A program made the position numbers and the translations under genes. From Bacteroidales bacterium (GTDB lineage: Bacteria > Bacteroidota > Bacteroidia > Bacteroidales > UBA1402), in contig JAFUDT010000013.1 in NCBI GenBank assembly GCA_017464285.1, positions 138,962-202,961 on the forward strand: DNA of 64,000 bases, read 5' to 3'. Shown in pieces: positions 13,201-22,740 of this stretch. Under the pieces are notes generated by a model, which was not told the DNA's origin, did no database searches, and worked only from the letters and a program-made list of their open reading frames with translations. Position 1 is the first letter of the stretch. Each line of letters opens with the position of its first letter.

Positions 13201-13595
13201 ACAAGGCCAGGATGAATGCCGAGAACATGCGCGGCAACGACAACCAGAGTATCGCTGTCAACTGGCGTTGGCGTAAGGAAGGAGACCAGACGGAAATGCC
13301 CCGTGCCCTGTATAACTACGGTTATAACTCACTGGGTAGCGACCGCTATGTGGAAGATGCCTCTTTCCTTCGTTTCAAGTACCTGACCATCAACTACAAC
13401 ATGCCGCGTGAATTGCTCGCTCCGCTGAAACTCAATTCGCTGAGCGTATATCTTTCCATACAGAATATCGCTGTGCTGACCAAATATACAGGCGTTGATC
13501 CTGAAGTCGGTGCGGCCAGTACCTCGGTGGCTACAGACTCGAGCAAGACACCTCGTACCAAAGACTTCTTGTTACGTTTAAGATTGGGATTCTAA
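10299..13595 (+). CDS. SusC/RagA-family TonB-dependent outer-membrane transporter
   Basis: 1098 aa. Signal peptide, carboxypeptidase-regulatory-like N-domain (VRGKVTAKEDGEPLISVTVTE), plug (MRIRGTTSLNASNEPLIVVNDVIY), NTDW motif, C-terminal aromatic residue (..RLGF). Followed by a SusD-like gene. Confidence 0.93.
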   Translation: MRKSIAKYGMTMLLSCLFSLTVSAQNNAANLVRGKVTAKEDGEPLISVTVTEMDASNRIYGVTVTNYDGEYVIQVNNRANRLRFKYIGFEDLEIPIGEQKVINAAMSEKSTMLQEAVITAKAMVDNGAFSIPQREVSMSMQKIDAEEFEGISVASIDDALQGQIAGLDIVNVSGEPGAGMSMRIRGTTSLNASNEPLIVVNDVIYQTTIDADFDFATANEDQYAQLISVAPDDIASITVLKDAAATAMWGTKGANGVLLITTKRGKKGPTRVNYAYSYTRKTQPKGMNMLSGDDYTMLMKQSYYNPNLDPSASDIQEFNYDTNFTEYENYNNNTDWRKEVSRIARVHDNQLTISGGGESVLFRVSAGYYTETGTVIGQLLNRLSMRSSIDYDVSKRIRFTADFAYTYADNDRNYENPLEVGYKKMPNLSVYAQDLNGLDTDVFYHVLQNSTLAKEQKELSNPVAVALLARNNTRSYRTAPSFHLRYEILDPQRTASSLRLELTASFDINASQQRSFFPKDASNAAWSDDNKVNRAQGAESESTSQSLQANLVFVPSFATTDHSVRLNARFNLSSGSTNSLNTGVAGLPSMFIQAPSSDAHAIALSNSANENPRSLTYSWNFHYAYKGRYIAGGTVAINSSSKFGKNFKTGLFPAISGKWIISDEPFFGSLRDIISEAGFRWSFGYTGNEPGSTFLWLSRYGEYKEKYIDMTAVHPSNMALANLRWENTTQLNGGLDLQLLDGKYDVGFDYYYKHTTDALFNNVGISTIVGYSAISSLNDGTIDNQGWEFHGRVRDLLKVGNVRMDLSFNFSNNKNTIVELSDEILARYNSDFDYANGSYLTRIQVGNPVGSIYGFLYDGVYEYSTYDPEHPERTCPVVRNEKGEAVLDAEGNTKPMYFAYGRSAAYEFKAGDAIYRDINHDGSIDELDIVYLGNSLPIVTGGFGLNFRWKRFSVNTFFNYRYGNKVVNKARMNAENMRGNDNQSIAVNWRWRKEGDQTEMPRALYNYGYNSLGSDRYVEDASFLRFKYLTINYNMPRELLAPLKLNSLSVYLSIQNIAVLTKYTGVDPEVGAASTSVATDSSKTPRTKDFLLRLRLGF

Positions 13596-13609
13596 TTAAT
13601 ATTCAGATT

Positions 13610-15247
13610 ATGAAGAAGATATTATACAAAATCGCTTTAATGCTGACGGCTCTGGTGCTGGGTGTCGGAATGAACTCCTGCACCGACTGGCTGTTGATCT
13701 ATCCGGAGGGGGAAACTTTGCTGGAGGATTACTGGAAGACAGGTGCCGACATCGAAAAGGTGGTGGCTTCCTGCTATCGTTCCATGCAGGAGGAAGACTT
13801 TATCGCCAGGACTTTTGTCTGGGGCGAGCTTCGCTCGGACAACCTTGTCGCAGGCAAGGAAGCGACCGATGAGCAGAAATCCCTGCTGGATGTCAATATC
13901 CTGGCCACCAACACTTGGTCAAAATGGTCGGCTTTCTATGTGCCTATCAACTATGCTAACACGGTGCTGCATTACGCTCCCGGTGTCATGGAAGAGGACA
14001 AGAACCTGACTTTGTCCCAGATGAACGCCTATCGCGCTGAGGCTCTGGCTGTCCGTGCCTTCTGCTACTTCTATCTGGTGCGTGCCTTCCGTGATGTTCC
14101 CTTTGTCAGACAGGCCACCATCGATGATACGGCTGAATTTGACATGGCCAAAACACCCGGCCACCTGATTCTCGATACGCTTATTATGGACTTGCAGGAG
14201 GCCAAACGCTACGCTCGTGTTTCGTACGGAGCCAATACCGCCCACAACAAGGGCCGTTTCACCCAGCAGTCCATTCGTGCTCTGCTGGCTGATATTTACC
14301 TCTGGGCCGCCAGCGGTATCGGTACTGATTCCCTGCCCGAGGCCAAAGCCCGCGAATATTGGGAAGGCTGTGTGAGAGAATGCCGGGAATTTCAGGCTTA
14401 CGAAAACTCCCTGGATATTCTGGCGCAGTCTTATCTGGCAGACATGGATTTCTTCCTGTCTGATGTATTCATCGGCGGTAATTCATCAGAGAGCATCTTC
14501 GAGCTGCAGTACAGCTACTCGGCCGGGCTGGCCAACAAGGCAATTCCCGCCTTGTACGGCAGTTCGAAGAAAAGAGGTCAGGTGGCCGTTTCTGAAGTCC
14601 TGAATCCTTTGAACTATACTTCTTTGTTCAAGTCGACGGATATGAGAAAGTATTATTTCGTACAGCCTTCCCAGGAGGGCTTCCGCGATGTGGCCAAATA
14701 TATCTGCGGCTCGGTCGATGCCCTGGGCGATGACAACTTTTCGTTTGGGTACTCTTATGACGAATACAACAACGTTGTCTTCTACCGCCTGCCCGATATC
14801 TATCTCATGGAGGCCGAGGCTCTGGTAGAGCTGTCTTCCGGTTCGACCGATCCCAGAATGACAGATGCCATAGTCTTGTTGAACAAGACTTACAAGCGTG
14901 CTAATCCTAAGATGAACAGAAACGACACCCTGAGTCTGATTTCTTATAATTCGGTGCAGGAAATGCGCAGGCTGGTCTTGGATGAAAGGCAGCGTGAGTT
15001 TATGTTTGAGGGCAAGCGCTGGTTCGATCTGCTCCGCATGGCACGCCGCCTGAACGATACGGAAATCGTGACGGATGCCGTTATGCCCAAATACACTGAC
15101 TTCGCCGATCTGAGCCTGGCCTTGAGCAAGATGTCCAACATGGATGCGCTGTATATGCCGATCAATGCCGAGGAAATCAAGAACAACCAGCTTCTGGAAC
15201 AGAACCCGTTCTATTCTATCGGCAGTGAAGTAACCACGAGTAAATAA
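13610..15247 (+). CDS. SusD/RagB-family nutrient-binding lipoprotein
   Basis: Lipobox GVGMNSC. TPR-like SusD features (RAFCYFYLVRAFRDVPF, ...ERQREFMFEGKRWFDLLR). Paired with the upstream SusC-like gene. Confidence 0.9.
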   Translation: MKKILYKIALMLTALVLGVGMNSCTDWLLIYPEGETLLEDYWKTGADIEKVVASCYRSMQEEDFIARTFVWGELRSDNLVAGKEATDEQKSLLDVNILATNTWSKWSAFYVPINYANTVLHYAPGVMEEDKNLTLSQMNAYRAEALAVRAFCYFYLVRAFRDVPFVRQATIDDTAEFDMAKTPGHLILDTLIMDLQEAKRYARVSYGANTAHNKGRFTQQSIRALLADIYLWAASGIGTDSLPEAKAREYWEGCVRECREFQAYENSLDILAQSYLADMDFFLSDVFIGGNSSESIFELQYSYSAGLANKAIPALYGSSKKRGQVAVSEVLNPLNYTSLFKSTDMRKYYFVQPSQEGFRDVAKYICGSVDALGDDNFSFGYSYDEYNNVVFYRLPDIYLMEAEALVELSSGSTDPRMTDAIVLLNKTYKRANPKMNRNDTLSLISYNSVQEMRRLVLDERQREFMFEGKRWFDLLRMARRLNDTEIVTDAVMPKYTDFADLSLALSKMSNMDALYMPINAEEIKNNQLLEQNPFYSIGSEVTTSK

Positions 15248-15258
15248 ACAAACGAGAT

Positions 15259-16932
15259 ATGAAGAGTTTTATTAAATCCTTATCAGGTCTTTTGCTCATA
15301 GCCGGACTGTCGGCCTGTTCCAATCCCAATTGGGATGAGCATTATGCATCTCACGTGGACGAGACGCTGGAGACGACGCTGCTGGAAGCTATCGAGCAGG
15401 AGCCTTCTCTGTCGTCGTTCCTGACCTTACTCAAGGAAACAGGACAGGACAAGCTCCTTTCCTATAACCAGAGCTTTACGATATGGGCTCCCAACAACAA
15501 CGCCTTGTCCGGAATCACCTTTGATTCGGACTATGACAAGAAGGTTTTCGTATTGAACCATATCTCCCGTTTCCCCTACACGACATCCAGTATCGATAAC
15601 GGATATGCCAAGATCCGTCTGCTGGACCGCAAGCGGGCTGCCTTCACGCAGGTGGGCTCGGACTTCTATTTCGGCGAGAACAAACTGATATCCAAGGATA
15701 TTTCCCGGAAAAACGGTATTCTTCACATCATAGACGGTTATGTCCCTTATGTCAGGAATATCTGGGAGTTCATCCAGTCGACCCCCGGCTATGATTCCAT
15801 CGCCCAATATCTGGCTGGGGGCGAGGAACGCTATTTCTCGGTCGAGCAGAGTACCCTGCTGACGCTTGTGGACGGTCTGGCCATATATGACTCTGTCTTT
15901 GTGGAGAACAACTATATTCTGTCCTACTATATCGGAGAAATCAAAAACGAGGACAGTATCTATACGATGATTGTGCCCAATAATCATGCATGGACGGAAA
16001 TCATGGACAGCCTGATGCCCTACAACCATGTCAGTCCCTACATCACCCAGAGACTGCCCAACGGCAAATATGTCCAGACCAAGCGTTCGGACGGACTGCA
16101 GGATTCAATAGAAAGAGACCATGTCAAGTCTCTGATAGCAGACCGCCTGTGTTTCTACGGCTCACAGACCCCCGAACGGATACAGTCGGCCACAGTGCTG
16201 GAGCTCAGTGCAGACGGAGGGTTTATCACCAATCCGGCAGAATACTTCGAGGGAATGAAGGATACGGTTGCCAGCAACGGACTCGTCTATATGGCCAACC
16301 GGCTGCATTTTCCGTCCTCCCTTTGGTGTTCTCCCTTTCAGGAGGAGGCGGAACGTGCCTGGCTTACCTATCCCTCGAACTATAACACCATGGAGCCCGA
16401 ACAGCAGGAGGAAGCCGATGCTCTGGTAGCCGCCCGTTCGGTCTATGTCCGCAGTTCCGACGGATCCTGGCTGAACAATCGTATTTCCAACCACAGATAT
16501 ATCCAGGTGACCGGCAACTATGCCTCGGCCCGTCCGGTAGTGGATTTCAACTGTTATAATACGGATCAGAGAAGTACTTCCTATCATGTCTATGTCGTCT
16601 TTCTGCCGAGAAACCTGAACAGGAGAGACATGGATTCTGCCATGTTGCTGCCTACCAAGGTGACATTCTCGATTTCTTATACCAACCCCGAGGACGGCAC
16701 CCCCTTCATTCAGGAATACCGTACTCCCAGGACGACCAATCCTTACGACATCGATACCATGTGTGTCACCTTAGATGCCATGGGCAATCCCAGACCCATC
16801 ACCCTTCCGTATTCGAGGGATGATATAACGTTGCGTATTTCCTCTGCTGTCGGCAGTTCTGAAGAGCTGAAGTCCTTCATTACGGACATGTATATCGACG
16901 CGATCTTTTTTGAACCTGTTAAAAACGAATAA
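15259..16932 (+). CDS. fasciclin (FAS1) domain surface lipoprotein
   Basis: Lipobox IAGLSAC. FAS1 boxes FTIWAPNNNALSGI and KNGILHIIDGYVP. A second FAS1-like repeat (IYTMIVPNNHAWTEIM). Confidence 0.8.
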   Translation: MKSFIKSLSGLLLIAGLSACSNPNWDEHYASHVDETLETTLLEAIEQEPSLSSFLTLLKETGQDKLLSYNQSFTIWAPNNNALSGITFDSDYDKKVFVLNHISRFPYTTSSIDNGYAKIRLLDRKRAAFTQVGSDFYFGENKLISKDISRKNGILHIIDGYVPYVRNIWEFIQSTPGYDSIAQYLAGGEERYFSVEQSTLLTLVDGLAIYDSVFVENNYILSYYIGEIKNEDSIYTMIVPNNHAWTEIMDSLMPYNHVSPYITQRLPNGKYVQTKRSDGLQDSIERDHVKSLIADRLCFYGSQTPERIQSATVLELSADGGFITNPAEYFEGMKDTVASNGLVYMANRLHFPSSLWCSPFQEEAERAWLTYPSNYNTMEPEQQEEADALVAARSVYVRSSDGSWLNNRISNHRYIQVTGNYASARPVVDFNCYNTDQRSTSYHVYVVFLPRNLNRRDMDSAMLLPTKVTFSISYTNPEDGTPFIQEYRTPRTTNPYDIDTMCVTLDAMGNPRPITLPYSRDDITLRISSAVGSSEELKSFITDMYIDAIFFEPVKNE

Positions 16933-16937
16933 AACAG

Positions 16938-19900
16938 ATGTATATGAACAAGATAGTACGAGTGCTGACCGTGGCTGCCCTGTTGCTGGCTTTGGCTCCC
17001 GCGAAAGCCTTGGCACAGAATGCGGCCCAAACAGATTCTGCGGTAGTTATCCGAGGTGTCGTCCTTGACGATGCAACGGGCCAACCGATTAACGGCGCCA
17101 CCGTCAGGATGGAGCGCGTCAGTGTCTATACCAACGAAAACGGCGAGTTTACGCTGAAGATCAAGAAACCTTCGACCATGCTGCAGGTGACCGCCCCGGG
17201 TTACGACCGGCGGTACATAGAAAGACGCGGCCGGGATTTCATCAGTATTTACATGGCCGTTGAACAGTTTTCCAACCCTATGGGTGCCAAGGGACAGATA
17301 GAAGTGACCAACAAGATTCTGGTTCCTGAAGGAACGGCTGTCAACACCATTGAGGACCTCTCGCTCTATACCCCTCAGCAGACCATAGACCGTTTCCTGG
17401 AGTCGAAGATAGGTACTGTGCGGACCATCAATCGCTCCGGCCAGGACGGTATCGGTTCGGCCATGTATATCCGCGGTCTGAATTCCCTTAACTCCGAATC
17501 CCAGCCGCTGATTGTCATTGACGGTATTATTATGGAGTCCTATGTCGATTACGAATCGATACATGCAGGCTACTTTGCCAACTACCTGGCCAATCTGGAC
17601 ATGCAGGATATCCAGACCGTCACGGTCATCAAGGATGCCACCTCTATCTACGGCCCCAAAGCCGCCAACGGAGTTATCCTTATCGAAACTGGCAGAAGTA
17701 AGGATGTGGTCACCAAGATTCTGGCCAACCTCGCCTGGGGCGCCTCTTTCAAACCGGCGTCCATCCCCACGCTGGATGCCGAGGAAAGTCGCCAGTATCT
17801 GAGTGAGATGTACAAGAACTCCGTCTATACGGCCGATGATGTGAGCCGTATGCCGATTTTCAACGAAGACGAGGATTATCTGTTCTATAACAGGTACCAT
17901 AACAATACCGACTGGACCAGTTATATCTACCGCAACGGCTTCCATCAGACCTATGGAGCCCGGGCAACCGGCGGCGATGCCATAGGTATGTATGCACTCT
18001 CCGTAGGTTATACGAACAATGTCGGCACCTTGGACGGAACGGATGCCAATCATCTCTCGTTCCGTTTCAATTCCGATCTGAATGTATCGGACAAGGTAAA
18101 TGCCGCTGTGGACTTCAATATCAGCAGCATCAACAGTGAGACCAAGAATGACGGTATGACTTCAATCGCCTCTCCTTCCTATCTGAGTCAGGTGAAGTCG
18201 CCCTTGTTCCATCCCTATCAGTATTCGACTGCCGACAAGAATCTCCTGACTTCCTTCTATGAGGACGCGGATGTCTTGGGCATCAACAACCCGCTGCCCA
18301 TGCAGGAGAAGTCTATGAACACTTCTGACATGACCAACTTCATGGCCCTGCTTCGTCCCGACTGGAAAATCAGCAAAGACTTCACCCTGGTCGGCCTGGC
18401 TGGCTACCAGCTGGACAAGATGTACGAAGCCTATTTCACACCTCATGAGGGGGCTGCTGAAAATGTTGTCTTCACGGACGGCGGACAGTTCGAAGTCTAT
18501 GAGAACGAAGTCAAGGCCCAGAATATGCGAGAGATCCGCTATACACTGGAAGCCCGGCTCAATTACCACAAGGAGCTGAACGATCACGATCTGGCTGCTT
18601 ACCTGGGCACCCGCTTCATCAACAGGTCGCGGACCTGGACCCGTGCTTCGGGGTATAACACTCCCGATGACGACCAGCGTTATCTGACCACTTCGCTCAT
18701 CCGTCGAAAGATGATCGGCGAGGATCTGCATGTCAAGAACCTGTCGTGGTTCCTGGGCGGTAACTGGGACTATCAGAAAAAATACTATCTGAACGCAGTG
18801 GTTTCCATGGACGCCTCTTCGCGTTTCGGCACTGAAATAGAGCATGGTGCCTTGCGCCTGTTCGGGGTCAGCTGGGGTTTCTTCCCCTCTCTCTCGGGGG
18901 CCTGGCTGGTCTCTTCCGAGGACTTCATGAGTGCTATGGAGGCCGTAGAGCATCTTAAGATCCGTGCCAGTGTCGGCGTGACGGGCAATGATAACCTGCC
19001 GGATTACATTGCCAATCCTTACTTCCTGTCACACAGTTTCATCGAGAAGGCCAACGGCTTGGTCCTGGGCAATCTGGGTAATCCCGGGCTGAAGTGGGAG
19101 ACAACCGTCAAGAGCAATGCCGGAGTGGATGTCGGTCTGTTCAGAAACCGGATTTCCGTTTCTGCAGATGTCTATCGCCATCATACTTCCGATCTGCTGG
19201 TCCTCAAGCAGCTGGATCCGTTCGCCGGTTTCCAGGATCACTGGGCCAACGGCGGTGAATTGTCCAATACCGGTTTCGAGCTTGCCCTGAACGCTCGTCT
19301 GATCAACACGCGTGATATCCGCTGGGAGGCAACGGCTACCGTGGCCCACAACCGCAACAAAGTGCTCAGCCTGTCCGACGGCGATTATTCGACCACACTC
19401 TACGACGCGGAGATCAGAACTGCAGTCGGGCAGCCTATTGCGGCTTTCTACGGATACAAATACAAGGGAGTCTACGCCTCGGATGCCATTGCTTCAACGG
19501 CCTATACCAAGGACGACGGCAGCCAGGATTATTACTATAACCGTTTTGCTAACGGCTCTTCGCTTCCCGTCAAGGCCGGTAATGCCATCTTCGAGGACAT
19601 CAGTGGCCCGAACGGTCAGCCGGACGGTTATATCGACGAGTATGACAAGGTGATTATCGGCGATCCCAATCCCGATCTGTTCGGCATGATTTCCACCAGC
19701 CTTTCGTACAAGGATCTGACTCTGTCGGCCGTGTTCAATTATTCTCTGGGTAACGACATGTACAACTACCAGCGTCGCATCCTTGAATCGATGAGCACGC
19801 TGGAGAACCAGTCTAAGGCGGTGATGAACCGCTGGCGTTCCGACGGTCAGGTGACAGATATGCCTCAGGCAGTCTATGCCGATCCGATGGGTAATGCCCG

Positions 19901-20159
19901 TTTTTCGACCCGCTGGATTGAGGACGCTTCCTATATCCGTCTGAAAACCGTCAAGCTGGCCTGGGATGTTCCCTATAATATCCCCTTCATCAATGACCTG
20001 ACTGTATGGGCATCGGGCAACAATCTGTGGATGTACACCAAATATATCGGCCGTGATCCGGAGACCTCGGCTTCCAACAATCCGCTGGCCCAGGGTATCG
20101 ATACGGGACTGCTGCCACAGTGCAAGGGTTTTACTTTCGGTCTGAAAATTAATCTGTAA
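16938..20159 (+). CDS. SusC/RagA-family TonB-dependent outer-membrane transporter
   Basis: 1073 aa. Signal peptide, CarboxypepD_reg-like N-domain (IRGVVLDDATGQPINGATV), plug (MYIRGLNSLNSESQPLIVIDGII), NTDW motif. Confidence 0.93.
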   Translation: MYMNKIVRVLTVAALLLALAPAKALAQNAAQTDSAVVIRGVVLDDATGQPINGATVRMERVSVYTNENGEFTLKIKKPSTMLQVTAPGYDRRYIERRGRDFISIYMAVEQFSNPMGAKGQIEVTNKILVPEGTAVNTIEDLSLYTPQQTIDRFLESKIGTVRTINRSGQDGIGSAMYIRGLNSLNSESQPLIVIDGIIMESYVDYESIHAGYFANYLANLDMQDIQTVTVIKDATSIYGPKAANGVILIETGRSKDVVTKILANLAWGASFKPASIPTLDAEESRQYLSEMYKNSVYTADDVSRMPIFNEDEDYLFYNRYHNNTDWTSYIYRNGFHQTYGARATGGDAIGMYALSVGYTNNVGTLDGTDANHLSFRFNSDLNVSDKVNAAVDFNISSINSETKNDGMTSIASPSYLSQVKSPLFHPYQYSTADKNLLTSFYEDADVLGINNPLPMQEKSMNTSDMTNFMALLRPDWKISKDFTLVGLAGYQLDKMYEAYFTPHEGAAENVVFTDGGQFEVYENEVKAQNMREIRYTLEARLNYHKELNDHDLAAYLGTRFINRSRTWTRASGYNTPDDDQRYLTTSLIRRKMIGEDLHVKNLSWFLGGNWDYQKKYYLNAVVSMDASSRFGTEIEHGALRLFGVSWGFFPSLSGAWLVSSEDFMSAMEAVEHLKIRASVGVTGNDNLPDYIANPYFLSHSFIEKANGLVLGNLGNPGLKWETTVKSNAGVDVGLFRNRISVSADVYRHHTSDLLVLKQLDPFAGFQDHWANGGELSNTGFELALNARLINTRDIRWEATATVAHNRNKVLSLSDGDYSTTLYDAEIRTAVGQPIAAFYGYKYKGVYASDAIASTAYTKDDGSQDYYYNRFANGSSLPVKAGNAIFEDISGPNGQPDGYIDEYDKVIIGDPNPDLFGMISTSLSYKDLTLSAVFNYSLGNDMYNYQRRILESMSTLENQSKAVMNRWRSDGQVTDMPQAVYADPMGNARFSTRWIEDASYIRLKTVKLAWDVPYNIPFINDLTVWASGNNLWMYTKYIGRDPETSASNNPLAQGIDTGLLPQCKGFTFGLKINL

Positions 20160-20176
20160 AATAAATCATCTTGGAT

Positions 20177-21952
20177 ATGAAACGATTGAGTATATACTTT
20201 CTGACCATTTCGGTGCTGGCTGTCGGCCTGGTATCTTGTGAGAAAATGCTCTCTGTGAGTTCAGACCGGTACCTTTACGCCAAGGACAACAAACTGGACA
20301 GTCCCAACGATTCCCTGTATTCCGTGGCCGGTATTCTCTCCAAATTGCAGTTGCTGGGTGACCGTTATGTCATGCTGGGTGAACTTCGGGCGGACATGAT
20401 GGATGTGACCCATAATGCTACAGATGAATTCCGTGAGCTCAGCAGCCTGAATGTCTCCGCCGACAATCCTTTTGTCGATGTGAACGACTATTATGTGGTC
20501 ATCAACCACTGCAACTATCTGATCCAGAATATGGACACTTCTGTCATGGTGGGTGGCGAACGATATATGAAAAGAGAATATGCCATCGCCAAGGCTGTCC
20601 GTGCATGGACTTATCTGCAGCTGGCGCTCAACTATGGCAAGGCGGTTTATTTCGAGGATCCTGTTCTGACCATTGTCCAGAACGAGAAGATATCCCGGGA
20701 TGCCTCATTGGTCAAAACCAGGGAAGAGATCTTCGATCTGCTCATCGCCGACTTGCTGCCCATACAGGATGTCAACAAACCTGTGTATGGCGACCTCTCC
20801 ATTTTCAGCAACAAGAACCTGTTCTTGTCCGTCCACTACCTGCTGGGTGAACTGTATCTGTGGAAAAACATGTACCCCGAAGCAGCGGCACAGTACTATG
20901 CCTATATTGTCAATGAAAACCAGGTAGTCAGTAATCTATACAGATGTCAGCAACAACTTCTGACCGACTTTGAGGGCCGTGTACGGGCCAGTGGCGACTA
21001 CACTATCACCGACGAAAATGCGATTATCACTTATGAATGGATGCGGCAGTTTGTCCTTTCGGCCAGCAATGAAGTCTCGTCCCTGATTCCTTACTATTAC
21101 ACGAATGCCTTCGGTGAGTTCTATGCCTCCCAGCTGGTCAACTATACCAAGAACCGTTATTTGGTAGCTCCCTCCCAGCGGGCCATCGACCTGTATGCCG
21201 GTAAGCCTTTTCTTCAGGCGCAAGCAAATATTTCGTATGATGCCGACGGGAGCATCCTCAGCGCTGATGGTTCGATGGTCTCGACCACCGGCGACCTGAG
21301 AGGATATCCGGCAATGTTCAAGAGACTGACCTCCAACCTCGAAAATATGAGTGCTGCCGACTATACGGATCAGGAGTTGGAGAGAATGCAGTACATGGAC
21401 CTCTACAAGGAAGAACTGGGTACTTACTATATCGATTTCTACGGACGGTCCGCTCAGGATTACGTTATCCTTCAGCGCGGCACCTTGGGCTATCTTCGCT
21501 ACGCGGAGGCTGTCAACCGCATGGGTAAGCCTTCTTTGGCCATGGCTGTGCTGAATAACGGCCTGAAATCCACAACGGTCAATGACAGTCTCTATATCAA
21601 CCAGAACGAACTGGATTCAACCTTAAGGGCACAGTGGAGCCTGGCCCAGTTCTCCCGTAATATCGGCACAGTCTGCCGGGGGGAGGGACTCAGTCAGCGG
21701 GTGCTGTTCCTGACCGATCTGGAGAACCTGCAGGATTCAATCAATTATGTCGAATCTGTGTTGATAGAGGAGATGGGACTGGAGACCGCATTCCAGGGTA
21801 ACCGCTTCCACGATCTGATGCGTATGACCCATCATCGTCCCGAAGCAAACTACATCGGCGAAGCTCTTTCGGCCAAGTTCCCTGCGCGCCGCAGTGAGTT
21901 CATGGCCAAGGGTGAAGGCGACTGGTACCTGCCTTATCCGGGAGAAGAGTAG
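20177..21952 (+). CDS. SusD/RagB-family nutrient-binding lipoprotein
   Basis: ORF 20171..21952. The ATG at 20177 gives MKRLSIYFLTISVLAVGLVSC (lipobox). SusD-like C-terminal segment ...ETAFQGNRFHDLMR. Confidence 0.85.
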   Translation: MKRLSIYFLTISVLAVGLVSCEKMLSVSSDRYLYAKDNKLDSPNDSLYSVAGILSKLQLLGDRYVMLGELRADMMDVTHNATDEFRELSSLNVSADNPFVDVNDYYVVINHCNYLIQNMDTSVMVGGERYMKREYAIAKAVRAWTYLQLALNYGKAVYFEDPVLTIVQNEKISRDASLVKTREEIFDLLIADLLPIQDVNKPVYGDLSIFSNKNLFLSVHYLLGELYLWKNMYPEAAAQYYAYIVNENQVVSNLYRCQQQLLTDFEGRVRASGDYTITDENAIITYEWMRQFVLSASNEVSSLIPYYYTNAFGEFYASQLVNYTKNRYLVAPSQRAIDLYAGKPFLQAQANISYDADGSILSADGSMVSTTGDLRGYPAMFKRLTSNLENMSAADYTDQELERMQYMDLYKEELGTYYIDFYGRSAQDYVILQRGTLGYLRYAEAVNRMGKPSLAMAVLNNGLKSTTVNDSLYINQNELDSTLRAQWSLAQFSRNIGTVCRGEGLSQRVLFLTDLENLQDSINYVESVLIEEMGLETAFQGNRFHDLMRMTHHRPEANYIGEALSAKFPARRSEFMAKGEGDWYLPYPGEE

Positions 21953-22027
21953 CTTTCCCGGACGGGCAGTCACTGCCCGCCAGACAGCCTATACAGGGGC
22001 CGAAAAGCTTATACATTGCTGACAGAC

Positions 22028-22074
22028 AAAGGATTTCGGAAAGATAAATAATCTTTCCGAAATCCTTTTATTTT
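22028..22074 (+). terminator. intrinsic terminator closing the SusC/SusD block
   Basis: Perfect 18-bp stem aaaggatttcggaaagat / atctttccgaaatccttt with a 5-nt loop, followed by T-rich tattttg. A smaller hairpin (cgggcag tca ctgcccg) lies at 21963..21979. Confidence 0.8.
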
Positions 22075-22137
22075 GAGGGGGAAAACACTACTTTTGTACT
22101 CCTGCCGCAAGCAACAAACATCAACAACAGAATACAT

Positions 22138-22725
22138 ATGAACACTATTCAAGACTTGACCGACCAGCTCTATCGCGAGGGTGTGGAAAAAGGCAATCTG
22201 GAAGCTGACAGAATCGTTGCAGCCGCCCGCGAAAAAGAGGCTGCTATTCTCTCCGAGGCCCGCAAGACTGCCGACGACATTTTGTCGGCCGCCCAAAAAC
22301 AGGCTGAAGAACTCGACAAAAATACCAAGGCGGAGCTCAGGCTCTTCGCCGGACAGTCGCTCGAAGCCCTCAAATCGGAAGTGGTCAACCTGCTCACCGA
22401 CAAGGTGGTCACAGACAGTATCAATGAGGCCACGGCCGCCAAGGATTTCATGCCCGACCTGCTGCTCAACTTTGTCAAGAACTGGGCCGGCAAGGGCGAA
22501 CTAGTCATCGAGACAGCCGATGACAAGGCCCTGACCGATTATTTCCGTGCCAAGGCTGCCGATGTTCTGAAAAATGGCCTGGTCATCAAGCAGGTGAATG
22601 GTCTTCCCACCGATTTCGTGCTCTCTCCCGCTGACGGATCCTACAAGATTCAGCTGGGCAAGCAGGATTTCATCGAATATTTCAAGGAATTCCTGCGTCC
22701 GAAACTCGTGGAGATGTTGTTCTGA
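22138..22725 (+). CDS. atpE: V-type ATP synthase subunit E
   Basis: 195 aa. Long charged coiled-coil N-terminus (EADRIVAAAREKEAAILSEARKTADDILSAAQKQAEEL). First gene of the V-ATPase operon. Confidence 0.85.
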   Translation: MNTIQDLTDQLYREGVEKGNLEADRIVAAAREKEAAILSEARKTADDILSAAQKQAEELDKNTKAELRLFAGQSLEALKSEVVNLLTDKVVTDSINEATAAKDFMPDLLLNFVKNWAGKGELVIETADDKALTDYFRAKAADVLKNGLVIKQVNGLPTDFVLSPADGSYKIQLGKQDFIEYFKEFLRPKLVEMLF

Positions 22726-22740
22726 TTTTCCGGGTCTGTC

